A stretch of 64,000 nucleotides of DNA from Neocallimastix sp. 'constans'. Taxonomy: Eukaryota. A program made the position numbers and the translations under genes. Position 1 is the first letter of the stretch. Each line of letters starts with the position of its first letter. The notes beneath the pieces were generated by a model that saw only the letters and a list, made by a program, of their open reading frames with translations, made no database searches and was not told where the DNA came from. The DNA lies in assembly GCA_050613775.1 (NCBI GenBank), contig JBODTK010000113.1, forward strand, positions 62,001 to 126,000. The letters run 5' to 3'. Below, in pieces: positions 1 through 15,719 of the stretch.

Positions 1-102
1 AAATTACTATCAAGTTTTTCGAAAAAAAAAAAAAAAAAAAAAAACAGCTTTTTAATATTTTTAACATAAAGATAAAATAAATATATATATATATATATAA
101 AA

Positions 103-1789
<1,687 letters not shown>

Positions 1790-1819
1790 AAAAATAAGAA
1801 AGAAAGAAAGAAAGAAAGG

Positions 1820-1864
<45 letters not shown>

Positions 1865-1957
1865 ATTTAATTAAAATAAGTAATTTTATATGGATAAATA
1901 TAAGAAATATAGATATACATGGTAATAATAATAATAATAGAAAAGGATATCCTTTTA

Positions 1958-1988
<31 letters not shown>

Positions 1989-2289
1989 TTTATTTATTCA
2001 TTTTTGTTTTATTTTATTATAAAATATAAAATATAAAATAAAAATAAAAATAAAATAAATAAAATAAAAAAAAAAAACATATTTTATAAATAAACAACCT
2101 TTAAAATATTAATATATATATAGTATAAATTAAATAACTAATAAATAATTTAATAATAATGAATATGATCAATTATTTTTTGATTATAATTGTTATTATT
2201 TTAATATTGAAATTTTTGAGATACAAAAAGAAATAATTAATAAGTATATAAATATATAATAATTATATACAATATTTTATCATATTCAA

Positions 2290-2320
<31 letters not shown>

Positions 2321-3706
2321 GAGCGCAAATCTTCATAATAAATAATATCAATAATAATAATAATAATAAATAAAACTTTATAAAAAATAAATTAGTAATG
2401 AAATGATATATTATAATATCCAAATATATTTTTTTTTTTAAAAAAAAAAAAAAAAGGAAAAAACTTGATTAAATATTAATAAAATAATAATGATATATAT
2501 ATGTATATATTATTATTTTTTAACATTACATAAATTTTATAGACATTAATTGTAAAGCAATTAAAAAAATAAAATAATAATAATAATGATTAATTAATAA
2601 AATTATTTAAATAATTGTTTTACAAAAATATAAAAATAAATTAATAAAATAAATAAAAACTATAATTTTTGACCCTAATAATAAACTTTTTTTTTTTTTG
2701 AATATGAAGTAATTTTAATTTTATTTATTAATCTTATTTTTTTTCGATTTAATTATTTATATTTTTTATATTTTACATCACATTTGAGTTTATTTTTGTA
2801 AATTAGATTATAAATAAAATATTTATATTAAATATTATTATTATAATAATAAAAATAAATAATAGTTATTATTATTAAAAAAAAAAAAAAAAGTTATGAC
2901 TATTTCATATTTTCATACATATATTATCATACATCACGTCTACACTTTAATATATATAATTTAAAAAAGTAATTTTATAAAAATTTTATTGTATATATAT
3001 CAAAGAAAAAACAAAAACAATAAAAATATAGTACAAAAATTTTAAAAAAAATTTTTTTACCTTTGATATAAATATTTTTTATCACATATTAACTTTACCT
3101 AAAAATTTTAAACTATAATAATTCTTTTGAGAAAAATGTATTAACCAAAAACAATTTTTTTTTTTTATTATTAATTTCCTCTATTTTATTTACTAAATGT
3201 TAAATAATGTGGTTTATACAATAATACTATTATATTCATCATAATTAATAATAATAATAATATTATTATTATAATTTAAAATAAAAGCTGTTAATAACCT
3301 ATCTTTTAATAAATTTGCAAATGCAAAAAAATGTATTAATTCTATATATAAATAGAATTCTAAATAATAAAAAATGGCATATTTGAGATTTTAATTAATT
3401 GCATTAAAAACTTTAATTATTAATAAATAATATTTTAAAATATATAAATAAAATTTTATTTTTATTACTTTATACATCATTTCATAAATCACCATCCTAA
3501 CTTTTTTTTTTTTTTTTTGTATTATTATTATTTTTTAATTAATAATTGATATTATTAATTATAGTTCTTTTATGTATGAATATTATTCATTTTATTTATT
3601 ATAATAATTATAGTTTTTTTTTTTTTTTAATTATTACATAGAGTAATTTAAAACTAATAGAATTAATAAATTTTTCCATTTTGTTTTCTTTTTCTTTCTC
3701 TCTCTT

Positions 3707-3786
<80 letters not shown>

Positions 3787-4062
3787 ATTAATTTAATATA
3801 CAAAAATTATCTTTTTTCTTTTTTTGTAAAAAAAAAAAGCTAAAATGAAATATATATATACAGAAATTATATATATTATTAATTAATATTTAATTTCTCT
3901 TTGTTTAGATGAAATAGACACCTCGATTTAATATATTAAATTATATATATATAACTATAAATGATATAACATAATATATTAATCATTATAATAATATTTA
4001 TAATATTTAATAAATAATTTAATATACATATCAATATACTAAATAATTAAAAAAAAAAAAAA

Positions 4063-4449
4063 ATGGAATCATTAGAACTATTAATTAAAGCAATTCAAGA
4101 AGGAAAATTAAATGTTGTTCAAAAATTAATAGCAATTAATAAAGAATTAGTACTTGAGAAGTATAGTGGAGTAATACCTTTTGAAGATGCGGAAATTGGA
4201 AATGAAGCTGAGGAATTATTAGGTAAAGATATGACAGGAATGAATTCAATTCAAATTGCATTAATGTCATTAGATATTGAAGATGAAAATGTTAAAATTG
4301 AAACTAGAAAGAAAATTATTGACGAATTAATACAGGTTATTATTACTTTGTTAATATATATAATATAATATATATATTAATAATAAGTGAAAGAGATAAT
4401 TCGAACTTAATATGAGAATATAAAATAATTTAATATTGAATTCTTTAAA

Positions 4450-4492
<43 letters not shown>

Positions 4493-7400
4493 CTATTCTA
4501 TAATATATATCTATATATATATTAAATAATTATTTAATAATTTTTATAGTATTTTAATTTTTTTTTTTTTTTTATTATTATTTTATTTTCTATTTCCATT
4601 TATTATTATTATTATAATTATTATTATTATTATTATTATTATTATTTAATTTTTATTCTGTTATATTAGACACTTCCTCAAAATATTGATTTAAGTACTT
4701 ATCGCTGGGGAAATAATAATACTACACTTCACTTAGCATCCTTTTTAGGGGAACGATCTATTATTAATAAAATATTAGGAAAAGGTGAAAATCCAACCTA
4801 TACTAATGGTTTAGGGAAAACATCAATTGATGTTGCAGATTATGAAATTTCAAATTATTTAGAGGAGATTAATGATCAATTACAAGAGAAAAAAAGAGAA
4901 GAACTACGAAGAAAAGAAAGTTTAATGAATACATTAAAAAAATGTGAAGATATTGAGACAACACTTCAACAAAATAGACAAAATAAATTAGAAAATGAAT
5001 ATAAAGAAAAAATCGAAAATAATAAAATAAATAATGAGGGCAATGATGGTACAGTAGTATCCATGAAAAGTATGGAGGAAGAACTGTTGAAAAAAGCAAT
5101 GAATAATAATAATTGTATTAATAAAGATGATGATAATGAAATTCATAATAGTAATGAAACCATTACTTGTGAAGCCTCAAATCCTCTAGTTTCATGTAAA
5201 GAAAGCTCTTCTAACAATACAATAAATAATACTGGTGATTCAAATCCATCAATTACCTCAGAAAATAAGGAAGATAGAGAAGAGATAAAAGAAGTAGTAA
5301 AAGAAATAATAAAAGAAGAAGTTAAAGAGGAGGTAAGAGAAGAAATAAAAATAAAAGTTAAAGAGGAAATAGAAGAAAAAGTAAAAGAAGAAGTTAAAGA
5401 AAAAATAAAAGAGGAAATAAAAGAAGTTAAAGAGAAAATAAAAGAAGATGTTAAAGAGAAAGAGAAAGATGAAGTAAAAGACGAAATAGACGATGAAGTA
5501 AAAGAAATGAAAAATGGAGTACGAAAAGAGTCCGAAATTAAGCAGAATAATTTTAATAATTCTCATTTGGATCGATCCAAATTATCAAATTTAATTGATA
5601 TAGATATGATTAACCATTTAATTAATTCAAACGAATCGTATGTAAAAATTAATAATAATAAAAATAGAGATACTAAAAATGAAGTTGACTCAAAGCATGA
5701 TAATAATGATATTAGTGGTAGCGATGATAAAAATAATAAGGTGAAAATTAACAGTAATTCTATTATTTCAAAGGATAATATTAAAATTAACAACAACAAT
5801 TTAAATATAGTCAGTAACAATATAAAAGCAACAATTGAAAAAATTAATTCAAATGAATCTAAATTAGTAGTAAGTAATGATAATAGTAAATCCTCCAAGA
5901 ATATAGTATCTGTTGCATCTAAAAAGAATATATTTGAAAACAACAATTCTAACAATGAAACCAATAGAATAAAGGATTATAAAATTTCTTCTTCAGCATT
6001 TAATAATGTAAAAGAAAAATTTGCAAATAATTCAAAATCCTTTGATTCCTCCATAGAATCCAAATCGTTTAAACCAAAACAAAACTTACAAAGGAATTCA
6101 AGTATTAAATCTATTATTAATAATATTAATAATGGAATAGAGAATAATGATGAGTTTAAAAAGAAATCCTTTATTATTAGTGGACAAAAAGAAAATATAA
6201 AAAACACCATTTCTAATATTAATAAAAATCAGAGTTTTGATGAACATGGTATACAAAGGAAAGAAAAAAACGTAGCATTAGAAAAAGATTTCAATATATG
6301 TCAAAAAGAAAATATAAAAGAAACCATTTCCAATATTAATAAAAATCAGAGTTTTGATGAACATGGTATACAAAGGAAAGAAAAAAACGTAGCATTAGAA
6401 AAAGATTTCAATATATGTCAAAAAGAAAATATAAAAGAAACCATTTCAAATATAAATAAAAATATGACTTTTAATGGTGAAATTATTAGACCTAAAATGA
6501 ATGCTACCCTTGAAAAAGATTATAATATATGTCAAAAGGAGAATATAAAAGAAACCATTTCAAATATTAATAAAAATATGACTTTTAATGGTGAAATTAT
6601 TAGACCTAAAATGAATGCTACGCTTGAAAAAGATTATAATATATGTCAAAAGGAGAATATTAAGGCCACCATCTCAAACATTAATAAAAATAGTAGCTTC
6701 AGTGATACTGCAAATAAAACTAAATCTTCCTCTGAAAAAATTGAAAATGATTTCCAGAGTTTCTCGAGAGAAAGAGAAAGTATTAGGGATACCATTCGAA
6801 ATATCAATGAAAATAATTGCTTTAGTCGTTCATCAAATAGGAATGAACCTTATAAAAAGGAAGAAAAGTTAATAACAAAACCTATTGAAAAACCAATAGA
6901 GAATAGTCCAGTAGAAAAGCCTCTTCAAAAAACAATACCAAAACACATTGAAAAGCCACATATAAAACCAGTGGTAATACCAAAACCTGTTGAAAAACCA
7001 CAAGTAAAGCCAATAGTAAAGCCAATAGAACAAGCGATACCAAAGTCTATTGAAAAACCAGCAGTAAGGCCTGTTGAAAAACCACAAATAAAGCCAATAG
7101 ATAGTCCAACAGTAAAGCCTGTTGAAAAACCACAAATAAAACTTGTAGAAAAACCACAAATAAAGCCAATAGATAGTCCAACAGTAAAGCCTGTTGAAAA
7201 ACCACAAATAAAGCCAATAGATAATTCAACAGTAAAGCCTATTGAAAATCCAATAGAAAAACCAATAGAGAAACCAATAGGTAATCCAACAGTAAAACCT
7301 ATTGAAAAACCACAAGTAAAACCAATAGATAATCTAACAGTAAAGCCTATTGAAAAACCTATTACAAAACCAATAGAAAAACCAATTCAAAAGTTCGATA

Positions 7401-7708
7401 AAATTTCAAAAATAGAAAAACAATCAAATGAAATCAAAATAGGTCACAATAGTATAAAAGAAACTATATCTAATATTAATAAAAATTGTAGTTTCAATAA
7501 TGCTCCTGTTTCCAATGAACCTATGAAACTTCGTGAAACATTAAAGAGTATTAAAACCAATATAAAGAATGAAAATGGTAATGATCATACAAAATATATA
7601 ATTATAAAACTTTTATAAAACTAAAATTAAAATAAATATAAAAAAAAAATTTAAAACAATATATTTTGGATTTATTAAGATAAAATAAAATAATACATAT
7701 ATATATTA

Positions 7709-7756
<48 letters not shown>

Positions 7757-8547
7757 TAAACAAATATTATTTAATAATATTATAATACATTAATATATAT
7801 ATTTATTTATATATATTTATTATATATATATATAATGATAAATTCATAATTATATATAACAAAATAAAAAAAAAATATAAAGTTGAATCTACTGTTAAAA
7901 AGGAAATTATGCCAACTGAAAATGAATTATCAGGATCAATTAAGAAAAGAGATATATCAAAGCTCATTCAAGTTTTTAATAATCCAATAAATCCATCCAA
8001 AGAACATGTGGAAAGTCCCTTGATAAAACATCATACTACTTTTATTAAAGAAACAACAACAGCAGCATCAACAACAACAGTGGCAACAAAAGCAACAACA
8101 ACACCGGCAACAACAACAACAGCACCAACAAAAGCAGCAACAACAGCACCAACAACATCAACAGTGGCAACAAAAGTACCAACAACAACAACAGTGGCAA
8201 CAACAGCAACAACAACAACAACAACAAAAGCAACAACAAAAGCAACAACCACCACCACCACAACAACAACAACAGCAGCAGCAACAACAGCATCACCAAT
8301 GATACCTCCAAAAAAATTCTTTAAAAATCCATCATCCGCATGTGTACCTCATATGAACTCTTTCAGATCTTCCTTTGATAATCATTTATATCATATTTCT
8401 CATGATAATCTACCAGTACCAACATTAAGTAAAAATCCTAGTAAATTAAAAGAAATGAGTAATATACAATTACTTAGTTCCATATACTTATCCAATATCT
8501 CTGAAAACTCAAATACTGTAGTCATGAATAATAATAATAACAACAAC

Positions 8548-8588
<41 letters not shown>

Positions 8589-8946
8589 TAATAATAAAAA
8601 TGAAATAGTTAAAAAAACGGTTGAATCTAATAATATTTCTCATGAAAATCTACCGGTACCAACACTAAGTAAAAATCCTAGTAAATTAAAAGAAATGAGT
8701 AATGTACAATTACTTAGCTCTATATACTTATCCAATATCTCTGAAAACGCGAATACTATAGTCATGAATAAAAATAATAATAATAACAATAATAATAATA
8801 ATAATGAACCAATTAAAAAAGCTGCTGAATCTAATAATATTAAGAGTGAAGAAATAGTCACACAAAAAATTAAAAGTATAGAAAAGGAGGAAATCAAATC
8901 AAAAATTCATATTGAAAATAATGTTTCATCAAATGAACAGTCAAAA

Positions 8947-9004
<58 letters not shown>

Positions 9005-9982
9005 GTAATAATAATAATAATAATAAAATTACTAGTACTAAAAACGATGAAAAACCAATTATTAATAATAAACCTATGAAGAAATCTGAAAGTAAAATTG
9101 ATGCTATTAAAAATTTATTAGCGAATAATTCAAAAGAATTCAAACCAAAAGAAAATATCGCTATTAAGAATGTTGGCAGAATTGATGCCATTAAAAATTC
9201 CCTTGTAAATTGTATAAAAGAAGAACCAAACGAATGGAAAGAAGATATTAAAAAAGAAGACTTGAAGGAAAAGAAAGAAGATCTTGTAAAAAAAGAAGAA
9301 CAAAAAGAAAAGAAAGAAGATATTGTGAAAAAAGAAGATTTGAAGGAAAAGAAAGAAGATCTTGTAAAAAAAGAAGAACAAAAAGAAAAGAAAGAAGATA
9401 TTGTGAAAAAAGAAGATTTGAAGGAAAAGAAAGAAGATCTTGTAAAAAAAGAAGAACAAAAAGAAAAGAAAGAAGATATTGTGAAAAAAGAAGATTTGAA
9501 AGAAAAGAAAGAAAATATTATGAAAAAAGAAGAGCAAAAAGAAAAGAAAGAAAATATTGTAAAAGAAATAGTTAAACCAGTACAGCCTTTCCCTACTCAA
9601 TCTAAAAAAGAAGAAAAAGAATTCACACCATCTAAAATTAATGAATCCAAAACAGTTAACCCCACTAAAACTGAGATTCCATCAAGAATAGAGAAGACAG
9701 ATGATAATTTGAACATTACAGATATTATAAATGAAACTGGTGAAGCTACCGTTTCTACTTCTGATCTTACATTAAATGAATCAGAAAATGGAAAAAAGGA
9801 TTCCAATGAATTAAAACTCAAAGAAGTAAATAAAATAAAATAAATAAATTCTATTTAATTATATATATACTAATAGATCTATATTTAAAAATATTTTATA
9901 CACATTAAATTAATATTGATATTATGTTTTCCCTTTAATATTTTAATCAAAAAAAAAAAAAAAAAAAAAATAATACTAATAC

Positions 9983-10031
<49 letters not shown>

Positions 10032-10279
10032 TTAAATGCATATATAAATTATAAATTATATTAACTTTTTTTTTTCTTTAATTATTAATTAAAAATATAA
10101 AACTAAATCAAAAGAAATTAAAATTGGATGAAAATTTCAATTCTGTAAGTATAAATTATTTAATTATTAATATTATTAATAATAAAAATAAATTTTACTA
10201 TTTTAAATAAATCAATTTCTTAATAATTAATTCATATATATATATATTATAGGTTATTAATCCTGATAATGATTTAGTA

Positions 10280-10314
<35 letters not shown>

Positions 10315-13168
10315 ATTAAAATATTAAAGGGAAAACATAATATCAATATTAATTTAATGTGTATAATAATTAATATTATTTAATTTTATTAATTATAAAA
10401 TAAATAAAAACTAATTTTTATAATATTTATTAATTTATTAATTTATATATCGAAAAAAAAAAAACAGTTACAACTAGATAATGTATGTTATTTATTACAC
10501 TTTAAAAAAAAAATTAAAATAAAAAAATTTTATTATTATTAATATTTTTCTTTAATGCTTTTAAAAATTTTAATAAAACATTTATATAATATATATATAT
10601 ATGAAATTATAATATCATATAGTTATCATTAGATCTTCCGACTATTGCTTCTATTACTTTATCTTTAGATGAAATCTTTGTTTCACAGAATATGAATTTT
10701 GGTTCCATTGGTGATATCAGTAAAGAAAATGCAAAGAGTGCAATGAAAAATGCAAAAGTAGTTAATAATACAAAATTAGGTAATAACTTGGATTTATCAG
10801 ATAACACCTTATACAGTGAAAAAAATAGTAATGAGACCATTAATCAAAATAGCAACAATTCTTTAAATAAATTATCATCCGAATCAAAAGAAATTAAGGA
10901 ATCTATTAAGCATCAAAATAAAATGACTGATAATAAAGCAAAACCATCCCTTGAAACAACTACTATTGAAAAAATAAGGGGACCTAAAGTGAAACAAAAC
11001 GATAAAGAAACAGTAATCCCTAAAAAGGTTTTAGAAAAAGAAATCCTCCAAGAAAAGGTGGCTGATAAACCAGTTGTATCAAGTAAAGTAACTGAAAGTG
11101 ACAATAAAGTCAAAGATGATTTATTACATAAAAATGAAATTATTAAAAAAAAAGAAATTAAATCAAGAGAAAAGCTAATTGAAAAAAATGAAGAAAAAGA
11201 AACTACTGTTAAAAAGGAAGTTAAACTAAATAAACAAGAAATTAAAAAAATCAATAATTCTGAGGTAAACATCAAGGAAGGAAATGAAAATGAAGAAGAA
11301 GAAGAAGAAGAAAAAAAAGAAAAAGAGACAGTAAAAGAAATTATAAAAGAAAAAGAAATAGAAATAGAAAAGGAAATAGAAAAAAAAGTAGTAAATGAAA
11401 TAAAAAATGAAATAAAAAATGAAATAAAGAATGAAATAAAAAATGAAATAGAAAATGAAATAGAAAATGAACTAGAAAATGAACTAGAAAATGAACTAGA
11501 AAATAAAATAGGAAATGAAAATGAAAAAGAAGAAATAATGGAGAGTCAACCAAAAATTTCTGAAGATAATAAAGAATCATCATCCAAAGATACTGAGAGT
11601 TCATCTAAAGTGATTGAATCTGATAGTAGTGAAGTTACTAACGAAGAACAAGAAGAAAATACTAAACATGCCAATATGGTATTAAAAGAAAAATTATATA
11701 ATGAACAAAAGAGTCATAACAGGATAGGTTTAATTAAAAATGCCGAATTATTAAGTAATAATTCTCTTTTTTCTTCTTCCATTACGGTGACAAAACCAAA
11801 ACAAAAAGCGGTTCATTTTAAAGCTTCTTGGAGTGGTGAGCTTGAATCCACGAAAAGATTATCTAAAAATTATTTTAATTCTAGTTCTATTTCAAAAGGA
11901 AACCTTATTCTTAAATTGAATAGAATGGATATCAAGTCTACCTGTCCAGTATTCTTTTCTGGTAATTTAGAAACCGATTCAATTTACCTTATGTACTGTG
12001 ATTTTAAATGTGATGATGAAATTTACTATACAACTAAACAATATCCAATATATAGTAATAATCCCACTATTTCTATGAATGAAGATATTAATATTCCATT
12101 AGATTCGGATCAAAATACCTTAGAAATTAATATCATGATGATTAAGAAGACACCTCTTCTTATGCCCTCTCAACCTACCTCCAAATCTTATAAGAATAGT
12201 AATAATAATTCAGGTATGTCTACCTTAACTCATACTATGACACATCCCAAAAAAACTATTCAACAATTAATGTTTTGGAAGAAAAATAAACATTCGGATG
12301 GTTTTAGCAGTGTCAACACCGCCACTATGAATTATGGTGGATACTATGATAATGGTAACTTTTCTCAAAAGAATGATCTTCAATTCAGATCTCTTTCCTC
12401 TAATTCCTCTATATCTAAAATGTTTGCTTCCGATGGAAATGGTGCAAATAATCAACTGAATAATTATCATGCTCGTAATTATCATCCATCCATTAAAACC
12501 ATTTTCAATACTAATAATAATACAAGTAATTCTGCAATTCCATATTCATCCAATGGATTATCACCTGAATCTACTGCAGATGGTATATCTGGTAGTAATT
12601 GCAGCTTAAATTCCACCTATAGTTCCAAATCAACTGCGTCATCCATGACTACCACCTCTTCTTCCTCTCCTGGAAATATTTTTGTTGCTGGTAAAATAGT
12701 AATAGATTTAAAGAATATCAGAGAACAACATATGGGTGAATTAATTGATGAAAATAAATGGGAAATTATACCACCAAAACCATTAAAGAACAATCCTTCT
12801 AGTTCAGGTAAATACAATTAATATCTATATAAATAATCAAAAAGAGTAATTAATATTAAATTAATGAATAAGAATAAAAATATAATATATACTATAATAT
12901 GATAATGTATATTTATTTCTATATATATATATATATATATTAAAACTTCAATTTTATTATTAAAACTTTAATTATTATATATATATATAAAAGAATTACC
13001 TCCAATTGGAAGTGTTCGTATTCGTAAGAAGGTTATGCAATGGGATGGTTTAGATGTACCATTAGTCATTATTAATGGCAAATTAAATATGCCTTTATTC
13101 TATATGCCGGATTTCTCGTATAAAGAAGTAAGTTTTATGAATATTATAAAAATTTATTATGTACAAAG

Positions 13169-13205
<37 letters not shown>

Positions 13206-14142
13206 GATATATTATATTATATTATCAATAATTATAAATATTATATAGGATTTATTTGTTCCAAAAACAATTTCAGATTGTCTTGATTGTGTTGATTGTC
13301 AGATATGGCATGAAACAGAAATTAAAAATGGCTATTTGCGTCAAAAAGGAGGAGATGTTAATGTATTTAAAAAAAAAAAAAAAATAAAATAAAAGACTAA
13401 AAAAAGTCTAAAAAAATTTAAAAAAATTTTTAATTTTAATTTTTATAATATATATAATTAATATTATAATAATATTAATTATATATATAGTATATAATAA
13501 AAATTTATATAATTAATAATATATTAAATATTAAAATAATAATATTAATATTAATATCTTATATAATTTATTTTTATAATATATGTAGGATTGGGAAAGA
13601 AGATACTATCGTTTAATAGGAGAAAAACTTATAGCATTTGAATCAGAAGTAAATATTAATAAAATCAAAATAAATTTAATAAAATAATAATATAATTATG
13701 ATAATATAAATATTTATTATAATACTTACTATTATTAAATAATTTTATTAAAATAAATAAATAATTTACTAAAAAAAAAAAAAAATAGTCCTTCGAAAGT
13801 ACCATAGCTTCCATTGATTTAACACAATGTAAATTTATTAATTTACTTTTACCAGATCCACAAAATAATCAATTTATTAATGAAACTTTACCAAATGGTG
13901 AAGAATATACCACCATTGTCTGTTTAAATCCATCGAGAGCTACTAATGCAAATTATATATTTGAATTAGTATTTAAAGACGATGGTGCTATTGAATTTAT
14001 GTGTGATTCATTAGATGATATGAATGCATGGTGTAAGGAACTTCAAATTGTTGTTCAAGAATGGGAAGAATTTCAATATCCAAATTGGTGGACAGAATTA
14101 TTAAACTTTAAGGAAGAAATGCTTAATAATGAAGAAAATTAA
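4063..14142 (+). CDS. Large (~2,680 aa) protein: N-terminal ankyrin repeats, repetitive low-complexity middle, C-terminal C2-like + PH region of Bud4/Mid2/anillin type. Exons 4063-4335, 4670-7577, 7883-9825, 10115-10144, 10253-10276, 10468-10482, 10623-12807, 12994-13127, 13249-13362, 13589-13648, 13789-14142
   Basis: All junctions are GT-AG and phase-compatible (8040 nt total). Ankyrin motif GNNNTTLHLASFLG...GKTSIDVA. C-terminal NGYLRQKGGDVNDWERRYYRLIGEKLIAFE...FELVFKDDGAIEFMCDSLDDMNAWCKEL resembles the Bud4-family PH consensus (GYLxQxGGD...WRRRFFKL). Confidence 0.75.
6183..6690 (+). repeat. Coding tandem repeat, 117 bp / 39 aa (QKENIKETISNINKN...), 4 full units plus the start of a fifth
   Basis: Visible in ORF 4925..7618 and in the DNA, as two pairs of near-identical units. 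Confidence 0.9.
9896..10366. repeat. Perfect 75-bp inverted repeat (arms 9896-9970 and 10292-10366) in introns 3 and 5
   Basis: TTATACACATTAAATTAATATTGATATTATGTTTTCCCTTTAATATTTTAATC(A)22 is the exact reverse complement of (T)22GATTAAAATATTAAAGGGAAAACATAATATCAATATTAATTTAATGTGTATAA. Confidence 0.93.
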
Positions 14143-14393
14143 TTTAAATATTAATTTTTTTATTATTTATTTAGTTTTGTTTATATTTTGTAATATTTCA
14201 TTATAATTTTTTTTTTTTTTACTTAATAATATCTTTTAATAATATATATATTATATTATATATAAAAAAAATTATAATCAATTTTTTTTTAAAAAAATAA
14301 TTATTAAAACCTTATACATTTTATTTTTAGATATATATAATATAAATACATTTATAATGATTTTATATATATCTATAAATATCTATATATATA

Positions 14394-14445
<52 letters not shown>

Positions 14446-14806
14446 ATCTATATATCTATAGTGTTTATTTTAATTTATTTAAAAAAAAAAGTAATATTTC
14501 AACTACATTTTAGATTAAAACAGAAAAAAATTATATATTATTAACCAAAAATTCATAATAGTAATGATTAAACCTATATAATAATAGTTATAATTATAAT
14601 ATAAATAAAAATGGCAATTATATAATAAACAGTACTAGAATATTTAAATATAATACTGTTGTAAATTAATTAATATGTATATAAATTTTTTGCCTAATAA
14701 TAAATATTGTTAAACAAAAAAAAAAATAAAAAAATAAAAGAATAAAAAAAGAATATTTAATTTAGTTTTTTTTTTTTTTTTTTTTTTTATTTTATTTTTT
14801 TATTTA

Positions 14807-14841
<35 letters not shown>

Positions 14842-15719
14842 TTATTTTTGAGTGTGAGTATCATTAATTAATTTGATTTTGACTTTTTAATAATTTCATC
14901 TATTAATAGATTATACAAAAAGGGATATATTTCCTAACAACAGGACCTTTATATTTTTATTTTAATTCAACAATGATTTCTTTTTAGTTCTTCCATTGCA
15001 TAATTTATACTCATTTAGCTAATATCTAAATCTTAAGTAATACATTATGAATGATGGAAAAAATATGCTATATTCTTCTTGAATTTGGTTAAATTATTAT
15101 AAAATATATATATATAGTTGTTCCACCACCAGTTTCTACCCTCCAAATTGTGTTTTAATACCAATTTTATTATATTGTTCTGATAAATATAATAATGACT
15201 TTTAATTATTTTATATCATTATATAAACACATACAAAGATAAAAATTTTTATTTAATATATTTATTAATATATATACATAAACCTAAACTAATTTCAAGT
15301 ATTATATCATATAATATTATTCATTATTTATTACTTATTATTTATTATTAATTAAATATTATTTATTATTTATTATTAATTACATATTATTTATTTATTT
15401 ATTATAATATTTATTTATTTATTTATTTATTCATTAATTAATTAATTCATTTATTAGACATTATTTATTAATAAATAAATACATGACAATACCAAACTAC
15501 ATCACATTTTCAGAAATTAAAAAAAAAGAAATTAAAAAAAAAAAAAAAAATCTTTTAATATTAATAGATTAATAATTCAATTTATATAAATCTTAATAGA
15601 ATTGAACATTTATAATAGCTAATGATATAAAATGAAAATAAAAACTGCATTACTAGTAGATTACTTTTTTAATAATTACATAAAAATAAATTAATAAATC
15701 ATTAATTAATCACTTAATT

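Noticed and set aside
14880..15170. Coding-like patch on the minus strand (also 19690-20070 on plus)
   Set aside because: Multiple stops and no recognisable motif; cannot be assigned without a search.
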